64,000 nt of DNA, from positions 59,026,001-59,090,000 of the forward strand of contig NC_045697.1 in NCBI RefSeq assembly GCF_009834535.1, given 5' to 3'. The notes under the pieces were generated by a model, which saw only the letters and a program-made list of their open reading frames with translations, ran no database searches and was not told the origin of the DNA. Shown in pieces: positions 49,443-63,260 of the stretch. The stretch is from Camelus ferus (lineage: Eukaryota). Numbering within the stretch: the stretch's first letter is position 1; the number at the start of each line of letters is the position of its first letter. Made by a program: the position numbers and the translations under genes.

Positions 49443-50369
49443 CTGGGAAAAGGAGACCAAATAAATCCCTTAATTCTAATCCCGTGTATATCATCCTTAC
49501 TGTGGATGGACTGTAAATCCTTAAGCAATTTACCTACCAAAGCATAAAGCAAGGCACTCACTCCCGAATACTGATTTTTATTTCATACACAACTGAAATT
49601 TACAAATCTGCTGAAAGGCACACCAGGGCATAAAAAGCTCCCTCGTGACCAGGTTTACATGAAAGGGCAATGAGTTTGTCTTTGTTGCCAGCCCCAGACT
49701 TGAAGTGAACCTGAAATGTTTTCTCAGCAGAGTCAGTCTACTTTCTGTTTCATTTCCTGGGATTCTCAACCTGTCACGTTCTGATCCTGATTTTTCATTG
49801 TGGCACTCAAGCCTCCCTCATCACATTGTTTGCCAAAGCAACAGAAGAAACAGTGTTATGAAGGTAACTGTGATTTTGTTTCTTATCAGAAAAATTAAAT
49901 AGCCCCTATTTCACAGCATCCTTTGTGTACTGCACATAGTAATTACATGCATCCATGCTATACAGCCACAAAAATCAGTCTACCTTAGATGAGAAGCTAT
50001 GAAAACGTCCATTTAAGAACACATAACATACACTGTCAAGTCCAGACTGGATGGAGTCTTCTTTTTTTCACCCTTATGCATTAAGCAGAGATCAATTGTG
50101 AGGTGTGAAAATATATGCAGCAAAATCATAGCAATTACTAACTTGCTTCGTTACAAAAATTTCAGTACCTTTATTTGCTTTACATTTGTGTCTACATTTT
50201 ATTAATCAAAAATAATTTATATTTATATATATACATGTATATATATTTAATTTGAAAATCAAAAAAGGAGCCTAGGTTGAGACTTGGATGGTCATTAGTA
50301 TTGAACAGTGGCCGAGGACACCAAATAGCGGTTCCACAGAAAAAGAAAAGGAGCTAACAAGGAACACCT

Positions 50370-50625
50370 ATTCCCATATCTGTAAGATGTTAAGATACCT
50401 CTCACTGAAGGGCAGACTATTATTTTTAGATACCACTTTATGAATCATATTTCAAAACAAAAATTAGATGCCTCTGACTATAAGATAGAACATAATTTTA
50501 TGTACCATTAAGGAAAAAAGCATGTTGCCAATTAAACTGATAGAATATCAGATACTGTGATGCATCCATTTTCAGATATGTTAAAATATGAATGTAATAC
50601 AGGCCTTAGAGTGGGTAAGTGACAG
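50370..50625. mobile_element. TcMar-Tc2 (MER104/Kanga-like) DNA transposon remnant
   Basis: TACCATTAAGGAAAAAAGCATGTTGCCAATTAAACTG and GATGCATCCATTTTCAGATATGTTAAAATATGAA. Confidence 0.6.
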
Positions 50626-53000
50626 TGTGTCCCAGTCGCTGTGCAAAACTCTTAAGTCCTTATCTTAGGTTCTTATCCCTAAAAAGCACAAGAGAGCTTT
50701 TCATACTTATAAAGTGAAGAAACTGGCAAAGAGAGATTTAGTTACTTGCTCCAGTAACACAACTAGGAAGATCAGAGCTAGGAATTAAAATTAATCCCAC
50801 GTTGTTTGAATCCTCCTCAATGCTTACTACTTGCTAGATCTGAATTCTTAATTAACAGACTTAAAATTAGATTTGCTTATTAAACACTGAGTAAACAAAT
50901 ACTTGGGGCCAATAGAATATGCTTCCCTATTTTGTCACTTTCTTCTAAGTATTATCCCCAGTGTAGCATTAATCAGAACATTCTTATCTGAATCTATTAA
51001 TTTCTGATTAGTGAATGCAGATGTGATGCAAACACATAGGTAAGGTGTTTGCTACAGCACAACTGTGTATGTGTATCATAACAAGTAAAGTAAGTCATAA
51101 GTCTAAATTCTGAGCATCTCAGCTATTTATATACTTCCATTTACAGGAAAAGGTAGAGTTTTGATAACATTGTGAGGAAACGAAAATAAATTCACCTGTC
51201 TGAGCAATGCTTTAAATCATATGGTTTGCAAGCGAATCAAGAAGGCTTTATTCAACAATCAAATGGAAGATAAACATAGCAGAAACCATGTCTTAGGGAG
51301 ATCCCTCGATTACCAAAGTAATTAATTACCAACGTAATTAAGGGGAATTAATGGTTTAAAAGACAAAAGAGGAAGGGAATGCAACTATTCCCTCCACTCC
51401 AGATATCATCACTCTTCCTTCTGCAGAGTCAGCTCCATGGTTTTATCCCCTCAGTATAAGTAGGGCTTGGGCTTGACTTTGGTGTCTTCCACTTCACAGA
51501 ACTCCAGCTGCTACATCATGTGTCTCAGCAGTTCGCCAACTCTGTTTCCTGCTCATCCCTTGCTTTGCTGAAGCAAGTGTTCGGTGTCTGAGAACTAGCT
51601 ATATTTGGGACTGTAATAGAGGCACCAGAGAAGGTTCACTGGAATAGTCTGTGAAATCCCTCCTTACTGTTCTGTTGAGGCCTCAAATTGAACAGGTGAT
51701 CCCAGGAAATGACAGGTCAGAAGATAAAGTCAAGTCACTCAGGTACACATTTTGTTCAAATGAGTCTTGGTTGTGAGTCAAGAAGATTCTATTTGCCTTC
51801 CCAGCAGTGCAATCTGAAGACCAGGAGCACTTTGAGAAAAGGCATCGAAGAGAATACAGAAAAGCATCGAAGGTCTCCACCTTTGTGAACTAGATTATTT
51901 CCTCCCTTCCACCTACCTCCCGGCTTTCAGGATTTTCCCTCTTTGACTCCAGGTCTCTTATTTTGCTATTAACAAAGAAAAGCCCCCAGGCTGACCCTCT
52001 GCACTTGGATTCTTCATTCCAATAGCACCATGCACTCACTGGAGCTATCACAGTCATGAAGGGACTATGCTACAGGCAGTCTTAGGATTCACAGGTATTT
52101 TTTTCTAATCTTCAAATTATGGATACACAGTTACACACACATGTATGTTTCCATATAAACAAAAGGTAATTACAGGCAATGATGCAACATTGCCATCTAG
52201 TTGAACAATAATCTGATTCCCAAACACTACCTGTGCCTTCCAGAAAACTACAGTCAATGTTAATAGTCTTATAAACTATAACCTCAAAACTCCCAGAGAT
52301 TGTTTTGTGTTATTATATTCCTTTTGCCATCAAATTTAGAGGACTTTCTCTTTGAACTAAATAAACTAGATTACATATTCCAGAATGATAATTTATACTT
52401 CAGTCACAATGAAAAACAAGAATATTTCAGTAAGCCCCATAGGTAGTTTTAATTATAAGAGATTTTGGCTTCTCTATACATTATACCTGTTTATTTATTG
52501 AGATCAATGCTGACTTCAATATTAACTGTGGCTCTGTACTTTTGACCCTACAAACTTTATACCAGTCAACGGACACTGGAGAAACACCGTTTCCATCTCA
52601 TTTACTCTACTCTAACGGGGGCAATATTTGCTCCTCCTTTCTTAATTGCATGATTCAAAAATTAACAGTGATTAAAACTCCAATTTTTAATGTCAGAGCC
52701 TAAAACTGATGCTTTCAACAAAGAAAAGCAGTGTATTTTCAACTTGCAAAAAAAATTGTCCTACCATAAACAGTGTAAAGACTTAGCCTACAGAATGCAA
52801 ATTAGATGTAAAGGAAACAAAATCTTCTCCTAAATAATTTTAAAACGGTCATTATATTATTCTCATTATGTCTTCATGTTATATTCCTATCTTGACAGTA
52901 GTGATTTTTTATATGCTGAAAATGATATAAGGGCAAGTAACATCTTTCATGAGAAGTTATTGTTTGACCTCTGTATTAAACCATTCATTCATTTACTCAA

Positions 53001-53002
<2 letters not shown>

Positions 53003-53038
<36 letters not shown>
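53003..53038. repeat. (AC)18 microsatellite
   Basis: Direct reading. Confidence 0.95.
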
Positions 53039-53040
<2 letters not shown>

Positions 53041-53889
53041 ATATGAACCCAGGTAAAATTTTAAGCCTTTGAAATTCAAAATAACTACACCACAGTTGCT
53101 ATTTACAAGGAAACACAGTGGCATGGGCAATGATCTTTCTTTCACAACTTCTAAATTCCCCTTTTGGTCAAGATTGGTATTTTCACTAGTGTCCCTAAGT
53201 GACTTAAAGGAAAGGCAGCAGTCCATTTTTAAGAAATCAAGTACTCACATTTTTAAAAAGCTTATTCACTTACAACTTGTTGCATTATTTTTATTTAGAA
53301 ATTTAACTTCTGGAGCTAAAAAAATAATAATGTGCTGCAGATTTACAACTGGGAAAACAGGAAATTAATCAATGGTCAATCAAGGTCCACCTCATTGTAA
53401 ATAAAATCACATGTGAGGATGAAAATAATTTTATAGTCTTGTGTTCCTTAACATTATGTGTGCATGTCTGTGCGTGTAAACATAGATAAATAAGGAGACA
53501 AAATATGTCAACACATTCATGTTTTAATTATATGACAATGCCATATAATTAGAATGCTGAATTTGACAGGTAACTATTTTAATTTTTATTGGCAAAACCA
53601 GCTGTATGTTGCGATAATACATGAATGACAACTCCAAGAGGTCATCTATTCTAAATTAATCTCCTTTAAATTTTGAGGAGAAATTACAAAAATTGTGACT
53701 GATTAGGATGGATATAGTCATGGAGCCTAATGAGTGTTCAGTCTTTTCATAAGTATAATCTAATATTCCATGGACACATGAAGATCCACAATGCTTCTTT
53801 AGTAATCAGAGGTGAGGTTTGTTTTGTCTATTTGTTCTCCATTTTTCAAAATGTAATGTTAAGTATCACTTCTACAAGTTTTACAAATT

Positions 53890-54110
53890 AAATGATGACA
53901 GCCACTAACAGTTCCTAAGTGCTTACCATATTTTAAGCAGTATGCTAAGTGCTTACATGGGTAGTTTCATTAAATCTTCACAACATTCATTTTTATAGAA
54001 AAGTAATCTGAGGAACAAAGAGCTAAAGCAAGTGACTCAGGGTCACACAGCTCATAAGTGGTCAGCTGGGTTACTAGCCTGGACACCCTGTCCTCAAGTA
54101 TCCTATTACT
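53890..54110 (-). mobile_element. MIR SINE
   Basis: TGCTAAGTGCTTACATGGGTAGTTTCATTAAATCTTCACAAC...GTGACTCAGGGTCACACAGCTCATAAGTGG. Confidence 0.75.
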
Positions 54111-55149
54111 ATCTTACATTATAGCAGAACCACTAAATTTGCCTTTATTCCTTTTTTGTTTTTGTTTTTTAATTTATCTAATCTGAACCAAAAATAACAA
54201 TCATGGAGAGAATCTTTGGTATAGCAACATCCAAATATTTGCCTTGTTTAAAAGTTTCAAAAAGATTGGTTTAGAAGTTCTGATTCTGATAGCATGAGAA
54301 AAAAAATTATTATGTTAGAACTTATCTCTAAATGGGTGCCTTACTCTCATATAAATTATGACCATGCCATAAAGACAATCATTGCCATAATGTATATCTC
54401 TGGAATTGACTATGCAACATGTTCATTGTCTTCTAATGTTGGAAGTGACCAGTGAAACAAAATATTTATGTCATAATTATTTAAGTCTGGTACAATGATA
54501 AGCATCTTATTAGCCAGACATACAATGAGAAAAAGAGAAAGGTGGGTGAAATGTTATAAGCAAACATCTCTCTGGGAAGACACTAATATTTTCTACGGGT
54601 GAAAACATATCTAAAGCATTTCTTGCTAATAGACTGTACTGGTCATATAATTTGAATGGAAAGATAGTGGTATCTGAGCCTATGAAAGGAGAAAAGCTTG
54701 GAAATCAGTAAATGAAAGGAAAATATGATGAGGCTATTTTAAATTACTAAATTTCCTCAGTTGTGCTACATCATGGAAAGGCATACCTCCATAACACATG
54801 GTAATATGTACACATATCTAGGTATGTATCTTATTCTGTGTGTATATATATGATCATTTTACTTTAATTTTTGCATAATTTATTTTGACCCAGCCTGTTT
54901 TCATTATTAGCACCTTGGTTGAAGAAAGAAGCAAGGATAACAAGTTTAGCATAACCAACTTCCATTATATTAAATATTTTATTAAAATGACACTATCCAA
55001 AGATTCAGAGCAATCAAAAAAGCATAAGAACTAAAGCAGAAAAAGTGGATTTCATTACAAAGTCTTCAGTATGGGATTAGTCTCATACTTCCATGATTCT
55101 ACATAAAATAAAAGAAGCTGTCTCTTACTTACTCTAAGCAACATCGTGG

Positions 55150-55320
55150 GAGACATTGGCCATGCAGCTGTTCTCAGTCACATTCTACCTGGCACAGTCC
55201 CTGCTATGAGTGGTGAATACCCTGATGTTTATTTACACATCGGTCTTCAGCTAGGAATTATTATGTGCCCTAATTCTAGTTAAAGACTTATAAGTGGGGT
55301 TTGCTGGGTAACTTTAAAAA
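55150..55320 (+). mobile_element. ERVL LTR33/LTR16-like fragment
   Basis: CTTCAGCTAGGAATTATTATGTGCCCTAATTCTAGTTAAAGACTTATAAGTGGGGTTTGCTGGG. Confidence 0.45.
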
Positions 55321-55324
55321 TTAT

Positions 55325-55450
55325 TTGTTCTTGTAATGAGCTGTAATGGAAAATAATCTGAAATATATGAGTATATTGCATATGTGTAACTAAACTGATT
55401 CGCTGTACAAATGAAACATTGGAAATCAACTACACTTCAATAAGAATATA
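55325..55450 (+). mobile_element. Short L1 3'-terminal fragment
   Basis: GTAATGGAAAATAATCTGAAATATATG...GCTGTACAAATGAAACATTGGAAATCAACTACACTTCAATAA resembles the same L1 terminus as 26977-27305. Confidence 0.7.
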
Positions 55451-58400
55451 TCTCAACCATTAACCATTTAAACAATTTATTCTAGCTTACTAAAGTTATG
55501 TAAGATAGGTATTATTCCTCAAGGATAGGTTTTTCTCAAGTTACCAAAAATCTGAATCCAAATCCTATAATATCAATTTCTCCTGTAGAGGTAGAGCTAT
55601 AAAGAGCACCTTTGAAAAAAATGCCACACAAGCATGGCACCAAATTTCTCTGCTTCTGATTACCATTCAGAAAGCTGCTTATAGAATTATTGCCGTTTAA
55701 TGAATGTACACAAAACAGTAATATTTATTCAAATAATCATTTTTCTATAATACAGAATAAAACAGTAAGTTAAGTTGCCTCTAATCCGCTAGAGTGGACA
55801 TTTTTACTTACCAGGTAATTTTTTTAATGTTTCAAGAGAGTATTAAAATTATCCTCACCAGATAGGTATAATGCATTAAAATGAAAATGTCAATATACTG
55901 GAACAGGATGTGTCACCTTAACAACATCATCAAACATATTTAGACTCTTGGTGCAGGGCCATAGCACAGATGACTGCATTAGTAGCTGTCTATTACTAAA
56001 ATCCTAAGATGTTCAAGAAGGCAAATGGTCATCAAAATGCAACTTCTATACCACTACACTTCCACAGGATGACTGCAAGATCCACAAATATTTTGTGCTT
56101 GGGCTGTTTTGTGCTTGGTGCATTAAAATGTATTTTCTACTCAAGACAGAAAACATGGTCTTTTCTACATATGGAAAATCTCTACTAAAAAGAGCCCCAT
56201 ATTTGTTGGTGATATTCAATCATTAAACATGAGTCAGTGAAAGTAAAGTTGGACCTGTTTATCTTCTCATAAATTGACTTTAATGATTACTAAAGAATAT
56301 AGACATCTTGTTTAATAAAAATAAGAGGATAAAATTTAAAAAGAAGGAAATGTGCATAAAACTAGTGACCTCTGTTTAAAAAGAAAAATTACGGATTTTA
56401 TAACTTTGAAAGAAATATTATCCCCAACATTGGACACCTAAAAGAGAGAGTGTGTGTATGTATGTGTGGATAGAATTTTGGCGGGTTTTTTTCCCCCTTT
56501 TGTTATTCAAATTAGGACTTCTAGAAAGAATATATCACTTTAAAAAAAAAATCAATGAATATGATGAATTTACATAAGAATTTACAACCATCCGCAAGGT
56601 TTATCTGGGCATACAAAGGAGGGAAAAATTCATGTTGCACTGAGTATTTTATTTTCTATTTGCCTAGTTTCCCAATTCATTTGTTGAATATGTAATTCAA
56701 TCAATCGCCTTAGTTATACAGATACCATCTTATGTGTCAGACTGAATTTATCTTCTCTCATTTAATGACTTTTGTCATCATCTGAAATGCTCTAAAATAT
56801 TCTAGAAAATACTTTTCAATTTGACTTCCAAAAGAAGATGATTGTCAAAAATCAAACATTCTTTAAAAATTTCATTGCCAAAGCCAGCTGGCTTTCATAA
56901 CAAAGTGAAAAATCTTAACTGTTGTAAGCAGCACTAAATAAGGGACTCTATACTGCAATCAAAAAACAAATTTCATTGTTTTGTTCACGAGGATGACATG
57001 AATTTGGCACTGCAATCCATGTGAAATATTCCATGGGTTCACATATTTGAGCCAAAAAGATAAATCAAGTTTCAAATAACTGTATTTTTAAAAACACACT
57101 ATATATCCCCATGCCAAGATGCTGTGAAATAGTTGACCACAAAGGAGATTAATTTTACTGCAGAATAAATCAAAGTATTTTAATATATTTAGGATTTTGT
57201 TTCTTTTTTTTTTTTTTTTTTTAAGGATTCTGAGGGAATTAAACACCCTTCTGTAGTTCTCCTATGCATGAGCTGGAGGAAAGAAGAAAAAGGAAAAGGA
57301 AAGGCAAAGTAGAAGCCCAAGTCAAAGCTGTCAGGCAGGCAAAGCAAATGATTGCTTTAATCTCCTAAGAGGGACCAGCCCGCTCTCCATTCTTAATGGT
57401 ACAATATTAATGAATTCAAGTTCACTGCAGGGTAAGGGGAGCACCAAAAGGACAAAGCATTTCACAGAACCCGCAACAATCTCTAGCATAGCACCAGGCT
57501 CCAAACTGGCTTCTTTTAAACCTCTAACTAAAGCAAGAATAGATTAAAAGTGAGGTTAGAGAACACATGTTTTCCATTGTTTACAACAGTGAATGTCCTG
57601 CTTCACCACCCCTTTACCAAATGGCCCAGGAGAGCACCTGGCAAGACACTGACATTGGTTTTGCAAAATGTGACTGTGGGACAACGCTGCTCAATGAAAA
57701 TCTAAATACCTGAGGATTGAGTCAATGGACTTATGGGCAACCTAGGTGCATAGTCAAGAAAACTGAAAAAAAAGTGCTGATAAACACTTTCTATTTTAGA
57801 AAATATATTTTGTCAAGTTTAACATCAGAAAAATTACTTATTTCTAGCTACCGACAAATAAATGGTAAGAATTTATACACATCTACCCCTCACTGTGTGT
57901 GTGTGAGTGATACATATATCTCACCTGAAACTCAGCAGTTACCTCAGGGATGAGAACCATGTAGCTCAGCTCTTCCATATATTGATCAATATTCTGCATT
58001 TTTAATTAGTAAGAGAAGCTCAATTTTTAAAGGTTGATTTAATCAATGCAGGTGGTAAATTATTCTGTTGTAATTAACATCTAGAGACGTGGTCTTTTTC
58101 TGTGTGGTACCCACTTGGTTAAAGCATTGTATTAAATAAAGCCAGGGTCATATTTCTTTCTCTACACATTAAGCACTTTCTCTTTCATTGCTAGAAATCA
58201 TACCCACCTACCTGTAGCTAACCATCTCACAAATTCCTATTTTTTAACATTAAGATCATTAAATAATAATAGAAACATTAAAAAAAGCCATTGGTAAAAT
58301 GCACACAAAAAATACAGAGAATTAAAAGAGGAAGGCTAACTTGAAGGAGAAAGAAGGAAGGGACAGAAGGGAGGAAGGAAAGGAAGCACGAACTGTTCAC

Positions 58401-59548
58401 ATATGCTGATGCCTTTTTCAGTTTTACTTCCCACCACACCACAATATGGTACAATTTCACCATTTGTTTAGGTGTTTTAAGGAAAGCACACATTCTTTCA
58501 AGGGGAATTCTTCCATTGCCCAATATGATTAATGAATATCCTAATCCTGAAATTTTGAATATATCCCTCCAATTACTTTCGCAGCTAGGCAAAGTTCAGT
58601 TAAGAGCAATTAGTTATGGACTTCTAAAATTTTGATATTAATTAAAGCAAAATATTTTTATAAATAAAACCCTCCAATTTTTTTGGTAGTCAAAAACACT
58701 GATTAATAAATAAAAACTCGGCATACTTTCAGAAAAAGAAAAGATACATCTCCAGATCCATCACTCATTTGCAGCTTATGAGCAATGCGGTGAGACGGCT
58801 TGATAAAGAGTAGGTGCTGAGCTTTAACGTGTATTTGCCATACAATTTTCTGTACCTATGGGTGCAGACTCTGGCCCTGTTAGGGGAATATAAAGCAAAT
58901 AACTGCCAATTCTTTCTTGTGGGAAACCTAAAAACAGTAAAATCACCTGGTGAAGATATTTCAGAAGGGAAGTCAGTGGACTCTGGTTAAGGAAGTTGGT
59001 TACATTTTTTAAATGAGTTAATACTCTGTAAATGTGTTACAATGTTATGGTGTTTTGTTACTTCTGGAGAGAGCCCTATGACTAAAAATTGGTGCTTGTT
59101 TAAGTGGTTTGCAGGAGATCTGGAGTAAAGACTCCAGTTAAAATGTCACTTCACATCAATTAACAAGCCATGGAAAGACACTGAAATGGGCAAGTTCTGT
59201 TATCAAGGATAAACAAGACAAGATGTACTGGGTTTGATTATGCATTGAGAACAGGACCACAATCTTATAATTGTGGATACAGCAGGAATGGTTACATACA
59301 TAATTGTAAGACTAAATGGAAAAGGATGCTTTGGAGTATGGACCTTCACACTCTGAATCATTTCCACATCAGGGGAGCTAAGGACGTGGGCATGGCCCCC
59401 TCTGATTAGACCAGAAGGCAGAGGCACTGAGGTTTGCACCTGAAGTACTGTACTTGGTAGGGTAAGCTATCCCAGAGTTTTGGAAACAGGTAAGGAGCTA
59501 GATAAGCCTTTGAGATCTGAGATTTCTTTAACAATATCTGTGAATTAC

Positions 59549-59594
59549 TGTGTGTGTGTGTGTGTGTGTGCGTGCGTGTGTGTGTGTGTGTGTG
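59549..59594. repeat. (TG)n microsatellite with CG interruptions
   Basis: Direct reading; uninterrupted purine-pyrimidine alternation (Z-DNA-prone). Confidence 0.95.
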
Positions 59595-61916
59595 TTTTTC
59601 CTTTGTTATCCTTGAACTTTGCCAGTATATTCTGATCTCCATTGTACTCTGGAGAAATGAAGAAAGAATCTGCACCATTTCTGAACATTAGTTGCAAATA
59701 GGGTGAGCAATGTCTCTTATTTCCTAGGTCACAGAATTTGTGATCAGCAAAGCTGAAGGGACAGACAAAGGCAAATCTCACTAAGGTAATCAGCACCTGA
59801 AGCAGCTGTTGCAAAATAGAAACAAACAAACAAACAAAACAGAGAGAGAGAGAAAGAGAGAAAGAAAGAGAAATCAAGAGAGGGTAAAAGAAAAGAAAAG
59901 GTGAAAAAAGAAAGAAGCTGGAAGTGAAGAAACTGAAGGTTCTGTTCATGAGCACCACTCAAGAGAGAGGCCTGAAAAACTCTTCATTCTTAACTGGCAA
60001 TTTCTGGGGAATCTAAATTTTAGCCATCAAGCCAGAGGGAGCTATAATCACAAACAGGAAGGCTAATCAATTTCTATACATTCAAGCTACACATTTGTCA
60101 CTTAACTTGCAAGAAAATATAAACACAAAGGAAACAGAGAGGAATACTTTTATTTTTCCAAACTGTATTAGGTAATGTGTGATAAAATTATTGGTGGCCT
60201 TACAGAAGACCCTAACAAAGTGTGACTGGCTACTTAGCTAAACGCAACCTTCTACTATGACTGTCTTTGGCATAAGAACATATTACAAAAGAAGAATGGT
60301 GTAGATTTGAAAAAGTAGCTGGACAATGAATAAACAAGCAAACAAACAAAAAAAGATTTGACCTCCAGTATGAAAAGTAGCTGGACCATGATTAAATAAA
60401 ACAGTCTCCAGTGTGAAAATTCATGTTTCATATTAAGAGGAAGTCCTTCACATTCAGTCTTTCAATGAATAATAAAATCTTTGGATCTGCCAAGTAATTG
60501 TAAGTGAATGAAGTCACTACCGTTTGTCACACTCCAGGCAACAAGTTCCAACCATTCCTTAAGTTTAAATCGTGAGTCTAAAGATCAAAATCAAATCTCA
60601 ATTACTGTGGAATTTCAGATTTTATCTGTATCAATGCTATTTATTTTAAATCTATCACCAACGATCACCCTCAATAAACAGTTCTAGGCAGTGTCAGATA
60701 AGATACAAAGATGTATAAGTATAAGAACTAAAAAAGAATTTGCTATGTTACACATAAAAGGTGTTGGGATCTCTTTAATGAAGCCACAAATCATTCAAAA
60801 GTTACTCAAAAACTCATAAGGTATTACAAAATTAAAAGCCCTATGAATCTACCTTCCTCACTCCCACAGCCAACTTTCCACTATGCTTGCTACACTACCA
60901 CATGTGCAAAAAAAAAAAAAAAAAAAGAAAGAAAAAAAACTCACAAAATTATCTTAAAGAGTATTAAAGTGATTACCAATCAATTTAGTAACCAAATGTG
61001 GATTTTTAAATGTGATGTGAAACTTCCTTATACAGGCCTGAATTTGAGCTTGTGAAAGTAGCTGTTAAACACACTTTAAAATCATGAGATTTACCTTTTT
61101 TTAATCCTCTTTAACTGAAAATTTTGATTATCAGAATCCAGTACTATGAGAAAAGAATGAAGACATATAAATGGCATTCTCTACAGACTACTCTGCCTAC
61201 TACTTCGAACTTCAAGATATGCAATTACTCCCAAGCTTCATCCCACTTAGAGGAGGCTGAAGTTATCATTTTTTAAATTTTATTACATTCTGTTCTATTG
61301 TGATGTTCCGTATTTGGAAGGCAAGCAAAGGCAGCAGTGCCTCCCCATTTTAGAGTCTAGATAGTAAAATAAAAAATAGGTTAGATGCAGTTCCCAGAGT
61401 TAGACGACCTAGAGACTAAGGGTCAAGTGCCTTACCAGCCCAGGGAAACAAAATGGGTAGTTTGGAACACACATTCACCCTGGTGACTCTGGAAAGATGA
61501 TACTGACAATAACAAACTAAAAAGATTTTCTGAACCTTGAAAAATACCTACTTTCCTAATCTAATACTCCTATTAAAAATGCTTTTTCCCAAATCAATGT
61601 TACAGTTTTGTCAATTAAAAGAAATGGAATGCTGCACAAGAAGACTGTAGCCAGACAAACAACCAGTGCTGGGTCAAGGTCAGCCAACATGGCCAGATCT
61701 AAAAATGAAATTCTACAGAATTACTTCACTCTATTCTCTCCTGCCTTTGCACCCTTGGCCTTAAGGCATTTCGAAAGAATCAAAGGGAAGGAGTGTTTCA
61801 GCCTGAAGACTCTGAAGTCTAAATCCTGACTTCTTTTCCACATCTGTCCATAACTTAATGCTTCATCCAAGAATCAAGTCCCCATAGGTATTCTCAATGC
61901 TTAACAATTCCTCACT

Positions 61917-61918
<2 letters not shown>

Positions 61919-61947
<29 letters not shown>
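61919..61947. repeat. A29 homopolymer
   Basis: Direct reading. Confidence 0.95.
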
Positions 61948-61951
<4 letters not shown>

Positions 61952-62229
61952 TACCTGTAAGTTCTCGTAAAATATTTACTCCTCATTAGGATACAATTTC
62001 TCATGCAAAAGACACTACTCTTCCAATGTCAAAAGGTTAGGTCAGAGAAATATTGCCAGATTCATAACAAATAGAAGCTTATATGTGAAAAGCTTAAAAG
62101 TTATTGCAGCAACAAATATAACTAAAAATCAGGTTTGAATATCATATCTTACTAGTCTTTGGAACAGCATCCCCATTTAGGAAATTCAAAGAATCCCATA
62201 TTTTTCCAAAAGAACTAAAAATAGCTTTA

Positions 62230-62700
62230 TTCTTTTGTCTGATAATAAAGTAGTATTTGCTAACTTGAAAATATATATATATATACTATATATATATATA
62301 TATAAAGGTATATGTTAAAATGAAAAATAGCAGAAATTACCAGAAGCCTTAATTAAAAATAACATTTTGATATACAGTATTTTAAAACATTCTGTATTAT
62401 TATATATATCAATATGTTTTAGTCATACTATGTGACCCATCTTTCTTATTCAGTAAAATATCATAGCTATTCTCCAGGTCAATAGGTATAAATTTTGAAT
62501 CAACAGTTTGAATTGTTGCAAAGCATTCTAAGTGAATCTCTCACAATATATTTAATTAATCTCTTTTTTGTTAGACATAAAAATTGATTCTGATATCTTG
62601 CTAATAAAATACATATCTTTTCATGGACTTCTGTGGTTAATTGTCTATTTCCTTTTTAAAAAGTATGTAACACCTTTTAAATCATTAAACAATAACAACT
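62230..62700 (-). mobile_element. Ancient L1ME-like fragment
   Basis: Degenerate antisense L1 3'UTR motifs (AATATCATAGCTATTCTCCAGGTCAATA...TATATTTAATTAATCTC...GTTAGACAT). Confidence 0.5.
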
Positions 62701-63049
62701 TTGTAATTTAGAAAGGCTATCTACGCTGAAATAATCTTCTCAGGAAAAATAATCTCAGATAATTAAAAGCTGTGCTTTGGTGAAGGGATTTTAGTTTAAC
62801 ATCATCCAATATTTTAACCCCTATTAATGTCTCCCAAAGTGACATGGTATATTTAGCGGCAACATAGTATATAGGCATATCAGAGACAACAAACAGGACT
62901 TTATACAGAAACATATTTTACTTCCATAAATGTATCTTTTTTCTTAAAAAAAATACTCTGTACTTATTTTAGAGATAAATGAATCAAATGGGTTAAATCG
63001 TTTCTTATAGTGTTAGCCTCTCCTGAGGTGAAGGTACCAGAACACATTA

Positions 63050-63260
63050 TATTCCCAACATATTTTATACTTCTCAGAGACTTTCACATGAACATTTAAT
63101 ACTGAAATATTAATAACCTCCTAGCACTCTGAAGTAGTTACATAATTATCTTCATTTTCCAGATGAGGAAACTTTGTCCCAAAGAGGTTAAGTGACTTGG
63201 CCATAACCACACATTTATTAACAGAACCATTATAAGAACAATGCCTTTGACATCAATCTC
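63050..63260 (-). mobile_element. MIR SINE
   Basis: TTCATTTTCCAGATGAGGAAACTTTGTCCCAAAGAGGTTAAGTGACTTGGCCATAACCACAC. Confidence 0.8.

Noticed and set aside
59545..59958. 137-aa minus-strand ORF and overlapping ORFs
   Set aside because: They are open only because of the pyrimidine tract and the (CA)n repeat.
61860..61947. Minus-strand T29-gcag strong acceptor
   Set aside because: No convincing donor within exon distance; likely a by-product of the homopolymer.
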